The notes below the pieces were generated by a model. The model saw nothing but the letters and a program-made list of their open reading frames with translations, ran no database searches and was not told the DNA's origin. Source: Cyanidioschyzon merolae (taxonomy: Eukaryota). From it: 64,000 nt of DNA. This document shows positions 35,788 through 44,520 of this stretch, one piece after another. Numbering within the stretch: position 1 is the first letter of the stretch; every line of letters starts with the position of its first letter. The position numbers and the translations under genes are program-made. Location: the NCBI GenBank assembly GCA_000091205.1, contig AP006492.2; one strand, 5' to 3'.

Positions 35788-38700
35788 ATGTCGACTTCCA
35801 ATGCGGGTAACAGCGACATCATGTGCGGAACAGTTGACTGGCAACTGGTTACTGCACGAATCGCCCGTCTCGGTGATCAATTCTTGCTCCAGCTTCCTAA
35901 CGAACCAGAAGCCGTAGCAGATCTCTATGGAGACCGGCCAAACAAGCGACGGGAACGCATTCAGGGCTTCGACTCTTGGAAAGCAGCGGAGCTGGTGCCT
36001 GCCTTACCTACGCCCGACGAAGTCCAGGATGCTGTGAAAGACCATATGGACCTGATCACGAGCCGGAAGGGGGTAGCGGACCCATTGACCGACCTCGATG
36101 CAGACGAGACTTCGCTGCACCGCGAGAAGCGAGCGCGCTACACCACGGATGCGCCTTCGGTTGCCAGTGTCTCTGAGCTGGTACGATACCTGGAACCCAC
36201 GAGCGCAGAGGCTTGGATAGGTGCGGTGGCTCTGCAGGTGGCACTCTGGGCCAACAGGTTGCGCGAGGCGTCCTCGCCCGTCCTTCCAGCAGCGATCGCC
36301 CATGAGGAGGATTTTCAGCGGCGTGCCCAGATGGGCGTCTTTGCAACCGGCGAAGCACCCCTGGTGGCCCCGAATCCCTTGCTGCCGACTTTGGTACGCT
36401 GCGGAACCGAGCTCGGGCACAAATGTGATGTGTTTGCTCTATTCCTTGCCTGTTTGGTGTATCCAGATCGAGCGAAGCAACGAGAGACGATGAAGGAGCC
36501 GGAGGCACTTTCGAGAACCGACGCGTTTTGCCAGCACCTCGCCCGTCAAGTAGCGGAGACAGTTTTCGGACTTTTCAACAGTGCGCTGCGGCACATAACG
36601 ACGGGTGCACCGATCGCGGAACAGTCGCTGATGATCTCTATCACGCCAAACGCTTCAGCGACTGCGAAAACTGCAGGCTTCATGAAGCTACCTCCGGTGC
36701 TGCAGGCACGGCGAGCACTACATTTCCTCGCCGAACTCGCGAATACCCATATTCTCGACTCGGAATGGTTTGTGCGTCGCATTCTGCATGATCTGTTGGT
36801 TGAAGCAGCGCTTTTTGGGGCCGAACAGGATCAAGCACCCCTCAGCCGTTCACAGTTTCTCGTTGAACTCGCTTTGGATGGTCTTATGCATTGCGGGCGC
36901 GAAGCAGAACGTGTAGCGGCGGACTGTGTAGATGCGATTCTTCAAGCAGCGGAGCGCTTCGCCGGAACGATTCGTTCCCCGAGCACCATCATCGAAGAGT
37001 GCGCTCGCATGGAACGTCTGTTCAGCCCGGTGAAAGATGTGGAGCTGAACTCGCCAGCACTCGATGAAGCACACCGTGCGTCCCTGCAGGTTTCACGACG
37101 CTTCCACGAGTTGCTCCTGGTTTGCCGCAAGCTGCGAGCACGCTCCTGGCACTGTAACCTGTTACCCCAGTACCATCTGCTGTTCTGGGAAACGCGTATC
37201 CGAGATAGTGGCTTGAGGATGCAGCTGCCCGTGCCGCCGCTTTCGCGACACAGCATCGACGCACGCTATCCAGTGCCCAGCATCCGCTTACACATCACCA
37301 AAATGGACACTACAGTCGAGGAGCACACCTCCGCGTCCGAGACTCCGACCTCACCGCCAGTCGCAAATGAGCAGAATGACTCCAAAGCACAGAGCTGGTG
37401 GCCGGCGATGAGCTTCACCGACCGCTTTCTCGCTGTAGAGCGACTGAGTGATATGCTTGACGCTTTTCTGGCCGATCGCCGTATCTGTGTCCAAATGCTG
37501 CGTCGACCCCGAGCCGGATTCTCCATGAAAGACCACCAGATGATGCTCGTGGAGACGATTCTCAGTGCGATGCTGCAAATACCGAGATCGCGAAACCCGC
37601 TTTTGTTTTACGCGACTGTGCTTGTTGAGCTGTGTCGAGGTGGTGATCCGCAAACAGCGATTCATTTGCTGCAGGCGGTCGAGACGCTCATCCGGGAAGC
37701 GCAGCGCCTCGACCCCGAGGTTACGGAACGCGTCGCCCAGTGGCTCGCCTTCCATTTGTCTCATTTTCAGTGGGAGTGGAACTGGGACGCCTGGCTGCCG
37801 CTGCAGGGGAACGTCCACTCAGCGGCGCTCATTGCGTCGATGCTGGAATACGCGGTTCGTCTCTCGTACCGCGAACGAATTGCGGAGAAAACACCCTCTG
37901 CTTTGCATAACTTGCTGGTTCCACCTGCGGAGCCCGTCTGGGAAACCGAGTCACCGCTGATCGGGAGCCCGGCTGCATCTCTGCTGGCGAGCATTCCGGA
38001 ACCCGTCAAGGTGGAATTGGCACAGCGTCTGGTAGCGTCAGCGTATGATGCGGTGCCGTATCTCAATGAGCATGTTCCCAAGGAGCTGCGACCTGCCGTC
38101 TTTCTCCAAGCGCTGCTGCGCGGTGGGTATGGAGCGCCGAGTTTCTTCGCCAACTTGGTCGAACGCTGGGGCGGTGTTCTTCGCGAGCTCTGCCGAGACC
38201 CGGGCGCAGCAGCGGCGGGTCTTCAGCTCGTCTCTGTGGTGCTCCAGGTATGGGAGTCGTCCCATCAGCATGCTCTCCTTTCGCTGAACTGTTTGAGTTC
38301 GGCAGGCATACTCGATCCTTCCACCGTTGTGACTGGCGTATATCGACAACTGCTGAACCGGTACCCGACGAGCGATGACCTCAGCTTTGCAGCGCTGAAT
38401 GACTTGCGTTTTCCCTTCGAAACAGTGAGGTTCTTTCTGAATCAGTATAGAGATCGTTTACGCCGAATCCAAACAGATATCGAGATGCTCTTGCTGGCTA
38501 TATCGCGTGCACCAGAACGCGACCTGGATACCATGGAGGCAGCGTTAACGCGGGCGCGACAAATGCTTCAGCAGCATCGACAAGGCCTGAAGCGTTTCCT
38601 CGCTGCCACCCTGGATAGCCTAGCACAAATCCTTCGCCACTATCATGGCAGTAGCGGCGGTGATCGTGGTGATCGTGATCATCATGAGACTGACGATCAT

Positions 38701-38952
38701 GAAGATCATGGTGGCACAGCGTCTGCGACCTCTGCCTCTACGGGAGACACGGCACCAGCAGCGCTCGTTCGGGGCTGGTTACTTGAGCGTTCCCTTGGCC
38801 TTGTCCAGGAACTCCTACGAACCCAGCTCGACCAGACGCCGCGCCTACTCGGCACGCTGAAGGCGTTGCTGGGCAACTTTACGAATGCATCTCTGAAGCG
38901 GATGCTCCACGACTTGGACCAGTTGGCTCGCTGGTCGCTCGCAACGGTTTGA
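35788..38952 (+). CDS. CBP80: Nuclear cap-binding protein subunit 1 (CBP80-like, MIF4G repeats)
   Basis: LVELCRGGDP..AIHLLQAVE...WLAFHLSHFQWEWNWDAW...RLSYRERI matches the human CBP80 segment LIELCKLQP...WFSHHLSNFQFRWSWEDW...RLSYHQRI. Size is about 1050 aa. First in-frame ATG at 35788. Confidence 0.65.
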   Translation: MSTSNAGNSDIMCGTVDWQLVTARIARLGDQFLLQLPNEPEAVADLYGDRPNKRRERIQGFDSWKAAELVPALPTPDEVQDAVKDHMDLITSRKGVADPLTDLDADETSLHREKRARYTTDAPSVASVSELVRYLEPTSAEAWIGAVALQVALWANRLREASSPVLPAAIAHEEDFQRRAQMGVFATGEAPLVAPNPLLPTLVRCGTELGHKCDVFALFLACLVYPDRAKQRETMKEPEALSRTDAFCQHLARQVAETVFGLFNSALRHITTGAPIAEQSLMISITPNASATAKTAGFMKLPPVLQARRALHFLAELANTHILDSEWFVRRILHDLLVEAALFGAEQDQAPLSRSQFLVELALDGLMHCGREAERVAADCVDAILQAAERFAGTIRSPSTIIEECARMERLFSPVKDVELNSPALDEAHRASLQVSRRFHELLLVCRKLRARSWHCNLLPQYHLLFWETRIRDSGLRMQLPVPPLSRHSIDARYPVPSIRLHITKMDTTVEEHTSASETPTSPPVANEQNDSKAQSWWPAMSFTDRFLAVERLSDMLDAFLADRRICVQMLRRPRAGFSMKDHQMMLVETILSAMLQIPRSRNPLLFYATVLVELCRGGDPQTAIHLLQAVETLIREAQRLDPEVTERVAQWLAFHLSHFQWEWNWDAWLPLQGNVHSAALIASMLEYAVRLSYRERIAEKTPSALHNLLVPPAEPVWETESPLIGSPAASLLASIPEPVKVELAQRLVASAYDAVPYLNEHVPKELRPAVFLQALLRGGYGAPSFFANLVERWGGVLRELCRDPGAAAAGLQLVSVVLQVWESSHQHALLSLNCLSSAGILDPSTVVTGVYRQLLNRYPTSDDLSFAALNDLRFPFETVRFFLNQYRDRLRRIQTDIEMLLLAISRAPERDLDTMEAALTRARQMLQQHRQGLKRFLAATLDSLAQILRHYHGSSGGDRGDRDHHETDDHEDHGGTASATSASTGDTAPAALVRGWLLERSLGLVQELLRTQLDQTPRLLGTLKALLGNFTNASLKRMLHDLDQLARWSLATV

Positions 38953-39472
38953 ACGCTGCCTCTCGTTTGCGACAATGACGTGCACGAACGACGCCATCCA
39001 GGAAATATAGGTCCTAAATCGTGAACCTTGAGTTTCGGGGGAGACGCTGCGCCCGCTTTTTCGAACAGGCAACACACACGGCGCTGCGGCATGCAGCTGC
39101 CATACGAGGACGGGCCCGCGTTGAGTTGTCGGCTCACTGGTCGGAAACGGAAGTTCCATGGAAACGTCGTCGTCCCGCGAGAGCCGGAGCGTCGAAGCGC
39201 TCTCGCTCCCGGGCACGGTTCCAAGGTCAGAAAGAAGACGCGACTGCGGCAACGGTAACGTGCACGGCGCTGACTCAAGACGAATACGCTCCGAGTTCGA
39301 ATAGAGAAGACTTGATGGTAGCGATGACGCAGTGCAAGGCGCTGTTCGACGTGCTTGCAACGTCACCAGGTGATCCCAAGCGCCGAAACCTGCTGCGCCT
39401 GCCGATGAGCGCTTCAGACGCAAGCGCTTCACTCTGGTAGCCGAACGTTCCCCGAAGCCGACCTGAACTGGT

Positions 39473-39676
39473 TCAGTTCACTTTCTTGCGGTGACGGGTG
39501 AGCGTGCTCTCAGCGCCCGGGTCCAAGCCACGTGGTGTCTGCAGCCGAACCAGACACAACATTCCCGGGACCAGGATCGCCAGTAGGAGCAGGGCAGTTA
39601 TGATACCCATCCATAGCGCGGGTGTGAGTGCACCTGATGTCGCCGTCTCGGGAAAGTTCTTGGCTTTCGGGTCCAT
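39473..39676 (-). CDS. Putative small single-pass membrane protein (67 aa)
   Basis: ATG at 39674-39676. MDPKAKNFPETATSGALTPALWMGIITALLLLAILVPGMLCLVRLQTPRG... has one clear TM helix. No homology recognised. It lies in the CBP80-trpB intergenic region. Confidence 0.25.
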   Translation of the reverse strand: MDPKAKNFPETATSGALTPALWMGIITALLLLAILVPGMLCLVRLQTPRGLDPGAESTLTRHRKKVN

Positions 39677-40281
39677 ACGCAAAGGCAAGACGAGAACAGA
39701 CCTACAAGTCAAGACAGCGCAGGTCTCTGTGCGCTGCCAGCACGTTCTTTCGTTTCGGAACCGGTGCAGCAGGCAGGCGCACTGCAGAAGCCACGGTGTT
39801 GCTGCAGGCACCTTTCCGTAAACTTGGGGAGGTGCACGAAAGCTCCCGGTTTATAGACTGCGTTTAAACAGTAAAGCGGGAGGAGTGCGTTTTCGAAGGT
39901 TCAGAGGGCTTGCGAAGCGTCGTTCGTGTCCGAGTCTCACTGTGCACAGCAAGTTTCCGCTGCTGCTGCTGCACGCAGCAGACGCAACGCGCACTTGGAC
40001 TTGGTTGACATGAAGCCGCTAGGGACTCGTTTGTTTCCATGCACGACCGAGTTCAACGGTAGGTAGAAGCGTTCCCTACGTCCACGAAGCTTCCACGTTA
40101 GAGTCGTGCGCCACACTGACGTGCAGCAGCAGTTGCACCTAGTTTCCAAGTTCAAGGCGCTCGAGTGACTCGCGCTTGTACCGCTGAGCGGCGCAAAGCG
40201 TCTTCGAGCGGAATACACACGCAAGCTTGGCAAGATGCAGATTTGGTGCTTTTTGCACTGCGATAAAAGCAGAAGGGCGCT

Positions 40282-41814
40282 TTAAATATCTAGGCCGCTC
40301 ACCAGCGGGCTGTTTCGCTCTTTCAGTGCCGTGATAACGGTGTTCACATCCTTGTCTCCTCGACCGGAACAATTCACAACAACGATCGGGCGCGCTCCTG
40401 CGGGAATCGTATCGTTGATGCGTTTCAGCGCTGCAAACGCATGGCTCGTCTCGAGCGCGGGTAGGATGCCCTCCAGTCCCGAGACCAACTGAAAAGCATC
40501 CAAAGCCTCTTCGTCTGTCACCGAGAGGTACTCTGCTCGCCCAGTGTCGCGCATAAAGGCATGCTCAGGGCCGACGCCTGGGTAATCGAGACCCGCGCTT
40601 ATGGAGTGCGCCTCTACGATCTGTCCATCGTCGTCCTGGAGCAAGTAGGACATGCTGCCGTGGAGGACGCCGACCGAGCCCTTTGTCAGTGTGGCAGCGT
40701 GTTCGTGTGTATCGAGGCCTCGACCTGCAGCCTCCACCCCAATAAAACGCACACTGGGTTCGTCCACAAAGCGGCGGAAGAGACCGATAGCATTGCTGCC
40801 GCCGCCGACGCAGGCCACCAAGATGTCCGGCAATCGACCAGGGCCGTGCCGCTCTTGCACTTGCTGGTATACTTCCTCACCGATCACGTAGTGGAAATCG
40901 CGCACCATGGCTGGGTACGGGTGAGGTCCGGCTACGCTGCCGACCACATAATGCGTCGTGCTTGGGTTTGTCACCCAGTCGCGGATGGCATCCGACAGCG
41001 CATCCTTCAACGTTGCCGTCCCGGTGTGTACGGGTCGCACTTCGGCGCCTAGCAAACGCATCCGAAACACATTCAGCTTCTGACGTTCCATGTCGCGGGC
41101 ACCCATGTACACAACGCAAGGCAGTCCGAAGCGTGCACACACGGTGGCGGTGGCAACACCATGTTGGCCCGCGCCCGTCTCCGCGATGATGCGGGTCCTG
41201 CCCATGCGTCGCGCTAGCAACACTTGACCGAGTGCGTTATTGATCTTATGGGCACCTGTATGCAGGAGATCTTCTCGTTTCAGGTAGATTTGCATACCAG
41301 ATCCATCCGGACGCGCAAAGTGAGCCGTGAGACGCTCGGCAAAATAGAGCGGCGTCGGTCGACCAGCAAAGTCTCGAAGCTGTTGTGCTAGCTCCTGTTG
41401 AAATGTCGGATCTTTTGAGACCTTTTTGTAAGCTTCTTCCAGCTCTTCAAGACACGATATAAGGGTCTCTGGCACAAACTTACCGCCAAAAGGCCCGAAC
41501 TTGCCACGCGCGTCCGGCACGCTCGACCGGTAGCGTCCAATGCGGCCGCGCAGGTCTGTCACGCGTTCTCCATGCTCGATCTCCTCGGGAACGACGTTTT
41601 CGGTCGCATTGTCCGCAGCCACGGAACGTTCCGGTGTCATGAGCATGCTAGGCAAGAACACGGTACGGGCAGCGGGGTTTTGCGAACGCGCACGTCGTCC
41701 AAGCGTGCGCCTGTTGTCCACGCTACGACCGCTGTTTCGCGTGAAGCGTTCTTTCGCAAGAAAGAAGCTAGTCGTGTTTGATAGTGGTGCGACAAACGCT
41801 GTGCAGTTTAGCAT
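40282..41814 (-). CDS. trpB: Tryptophan synthase beta chain (standalone, PLP-dependent) with about 100 aa transit-peptide-like N-terminal extension
   Basis: [28 protein letters not shown] (PLP lysine), [20 protein letters not shown], and C-terminal GRGDKDV. No fused TrpA domain. N-terminus is R/S/T-rich. ATG at 41812-41814. Confidence 0.9.
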   Translation of the reverse strand: MLNCTAFVAPLSNTTSFFLAKERFTRNSGRSVDNRRTLGRRARSQNPAARTVFLPSMLMTPERSVAADNATENVVPEEIEHGERVTDLRGRIGRYRSSVPDARGKFGPFGGKFVPETLISCLEELEEAYKKVSKDPTFQQELAQQLRDFAGRPTPLYFAERLTAHFARPDGSGMQIYLKREDLLHTGAHKINNALGQVLLARRMGRTRIIAETGAGQHGVATATVCARFGLPCVVYMGARDMERQKLNVFRMRLLGAEVRPVHTGTATLKDALSDAIRDWVTNPSTTHYVVGSVAGPHPYPAMVRDFHYVIGEEVYQQVQERHGPGRLPDILVACVGGGSNAIGLFRRFVDEPSVRFIGVEAAGRGLDTHEHAATLTKGSVGVLHGSMSYLLQDDDGQIVEAHSISAGLDYPGVGPEHAFMRDTGRAEYLSVTDEEALDAFQLVSGLEGILPALETSHAFAALKRINDTIPAGARPIVVVNCSGRGDKDVNTVITALKERNSPLVSGLDI

Positions 41815-41838
41815 TGTTGGATATCCGTTTCGTTCCTA

Positions 41839-43977
41839 CTAGGTACAGTGCAAAAAATCCAGTGTCAGCTGAAAAACAAAGAACGCCCTCAGCGTCGAAC
41901 GTCGCCGGTAGTGTGGAAGAATGGCGGTGAACGCGTCCGAGCCAAATCGTCTCGAACTGACGTGCAGACGCCTCCGCGTCTTTTTGGACCTGCCACCTAC
42001 TACTGCTTCCAACTTCTTCTCATATAATTCAACTTGAAAGCATTGTCCAACTAAATTCCTTCTTGTCCATTCTGGAGGTCTTTTCTCCTGCACTGCACAT
42101 CCCCGTATACTGACGGCGGCATTGAAGTCGCGGTTCACAAACTACATACGTTTCTCGCCATTTTTGGTACTTACCATGAAAGTAGTCCTCGAACGTTGGC
42201 CTTCCTTTCTATTTGCTCTTCCGTCATCGCTCCGTACTTTTTCATATCCGCAGGGCTCGGCTGGCATTTTTCTATCTCGACCCTCTGAAGTGTACACCCC
42301 AACACATGGTGCGTAAACGTTGTTCGGAACTCATCTACAGGTATCGTAACAAAACGCCGTGCGCACTCCTTGTACGTTCTTGTCGTTGGAGCTGGCGCAG
42401 TCCCTTTTTGGGTCTTCCATCGCCCTGCCCCATACGCTACTGAGAGCCTCTGACGTTCATCCTCCTTCAAGGCGCTCAACTGATTGAAAAAGTTGGCAAA
42501 CGCCCGCTGCTTCCCACAATACAAATTCATTCGCAGACGAGCCCACCGAGGCTTTGTATACTCCTCCCACAGTGCACCCCAATGAGCAACGAGAACTTCC
42601 ATGAATTTCCGAAAGGCTTGAAAGTCCGCTCCTCGGCTCGTGATCTCTCTCATAGCTTCCAGGTGATCCCTCAGTCCTGCAGTCCACGTCTCAATTTTTC
42701 TTGCATTCATGATTCCCGATTCTCGATAGTATCTCGCTCTCGAGAACCTCAAAAGACGCATGTCTTTCTGACGTAGCTTGCCGTCAATGCCATTTTCTGC
42801 ACGCTTGGGTACAGCGACGGCTATGATATTTGTGTTTCCGGGGTCCGCGCCAATGACAAAGTCATTATCCTCTACCTCCTGCGTCGCAGGATCCGCGTCC
42901 TTCTTATCTTCATGCTTCACCAAGGACAATATCGAGGACGGGCCAGGACGATCTCTCTTCAACCGCCGATAGAGTACACACATAGCTACTTCATCGGTTT
43001 CGATTATCCCAGTGAACTACGTTTGCTTGTTCATTTTGAGACGTTTGAAATCGAAGATATTCTTCCCGTACGTCTCCCGGTTTTCGCCGGTGAATTCCTC
43101 CCTGCTAACATTGAACTCCGGACTGATCTCCTTCATGATTCTGTAAAGGACAGCGGAGTCGATAGTCACAAAGTGTGACTTGATGTTGCACAACGGAACG
43201 ACGTTGAAGCGCTTCCCCATTAGGACAGCCTTCCATCTCTCCCATTCTTCATTTTTCCTCACTCAGCTTCACCTCTGCCTGGCGTTCGAGCTCTCGGTCC
43301 AGAAATACGAAATACCGCAGAATGAGGCGATAGTATCTTTCCGTATCTTTTTTCAACTCTGATATCTTTGCTGCGGGATTCGCCAGCCCCAAGAATGCAC
43401 GGTGCTCTTGTATAGCCGCGTGGATTACAGAAGCTTCATTCGTGCTCCTGCGTGGCGTCTTCTTGTGGACAAATTCGATCTCATCTTCATACTTTCGATC
43501 GTTGGTGATGCCATTGGTAATCGCCCATACTCCTTTGCGAGACAGGCCCGGGTATAGCGCAAACACGGCGCGTATCATGAAACGCTCCGGGTTCATAGTC
43601 AAATGGTTCCTCAGGTTCGTGAGTTACTCCATTGCCCCATAGTCGTACATACCCCCGTCACCCTTGTATCGAGTAAACTCAAAGGTGTAAATGGGATGTT
43701 TTTCGTGGAGGCCGTGAACCCGCTCATTTTCCCTCCGCGCTTTCTCTGTACCAAGCATCAGGCGGCGAATAAAGGTCATGTCGAAAACCTCATCCGGGAC
43801 CTCGACTGTTTCCATGTGCGCCACGTCTTCGTCTATCTCCCTCGCCAACTGTATCAGTCCTGACGACGCCCTGACAATACTCGTGGAGTACGAGTCGACA
43901 CGTTTTTTGATAGCGTCTCGCAACTTTTCCCTGTAGGGATCCTTGATTTGATTCAGGAGAAAGGCTTTCACCACCAT
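41839..43977 (-). pseudogene. Fanzor/TnpB-like (OMEGA, RuvC-like RNA-guided endonuclease family) gene, disrupted by two in-frame stops and two frameshifts
   Basis: Five collinear minus-strand ORF pieces: 43977-43624, 43602-43249, 43262-43017, 42983-42171 and 42138-41839. RuvC-I-like [17 protein letters not shown] sits in piece 4. A ...RRFVTIPVDEFRTTFTHHVLGC... segment (typical TnpB region preceding the zinc finger, which is degenerate here) follows. RuvC-III MNRDFNAAVSIRGCA sits in piece 5. Pieces 1/2 and 3/4 are each separated by a single in-frame TAA/TAG. Junctions 2/3 and 4/5 are frame shifts, and tested GT-AG splicing did not restore the frame. Confidence 0.55.
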
Positions 43978-44520
43978 CTCGTCCTACAGTTGTCTCTCTT
44001 GCCGCCTTCGATGTTGGGCCTCCCTCTTCGGTCCTTCTTCTCTTCCTTTTCTTCTGGACTAGGCAATGTTTTTTGTTTTTTCTGGCAGCCGGCGACCATG
44101 GGCCTGCAGGATCGTCGACTTGCTTTTTCATAGCAAGTCCACGATTTTTTTCGTTTTTTCGAGAAAGAACGCCCTTTGAAGCCTTCTGTTATGTATTGCG
44201 AAAAAACACTTGACAAGACTTGTTCGAAGTTTGAAACACAAATGAACTGAAAACTGTACTTGGATATGAAGTCAACGGAAATACATCTTTTACCTTAGGG
44301 CTACAAGCTAGAGATCAAGATCGCGTTTCCCTTCACCGGCGACATGCGCATAGCGTCAGTTGACTGCCTGATCTCCCAGGTGCGCTCACCGAGCGCGATT
44401 ATTCTTTCAGATGACAAAACGTTGACATTGACCATGGATCCCAGAATTCGGAATGGATAATGGCTTTCGGGAAAGCGTCCATGATGAAGCAACTACATCC
44501 AAGTTCCATTACCCATACTT
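41839..44520 (-). mobile_element. Probable transposon relic carrying the Fanzor/TnpB-like gene (approximate boundaries from the GC drop)
   Basis: Lower-GC block containing the Fanzor remnants plus about 500 bp of AT-richer sequence upstream of its ATG. Ends and TIRs not resolved by eye. Confidence 0.35.

Noticed and set aside
42142-42174. A 33 nt GTAAGT...TATGTAG element at the junction of Fanzor pieces 4 and 5, considered as a short spliceosomal intron. Similar GT..AG candidates exist at the 1/2, 2/3 and 3/4 junctions.
   Set aside because: Removing it keeps the piece-4 frame and reads TGT TTG TGA, giving an immediate stop; it does not join to the NRDFNAA frame. The other junctions allow only 16-18 nt GT-AG deletions or none that restore frame. 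No other gene in the window shows introns. A pseudogene explanation is simpler.
43017-43626. In-frame TAA (43624-43626) and TAG (43017-43019) inside the Fanzor-like reading frames, considered as evidence for a reassigned genetic code.
   Set aside because: All conserved housekeeping genes in the window (NDUFV1, Rpt2, trpB, DPH5, SNF2 and others) translate end to end with the standard code and terminate normally. The stops are therefore lesions in a decaying element.
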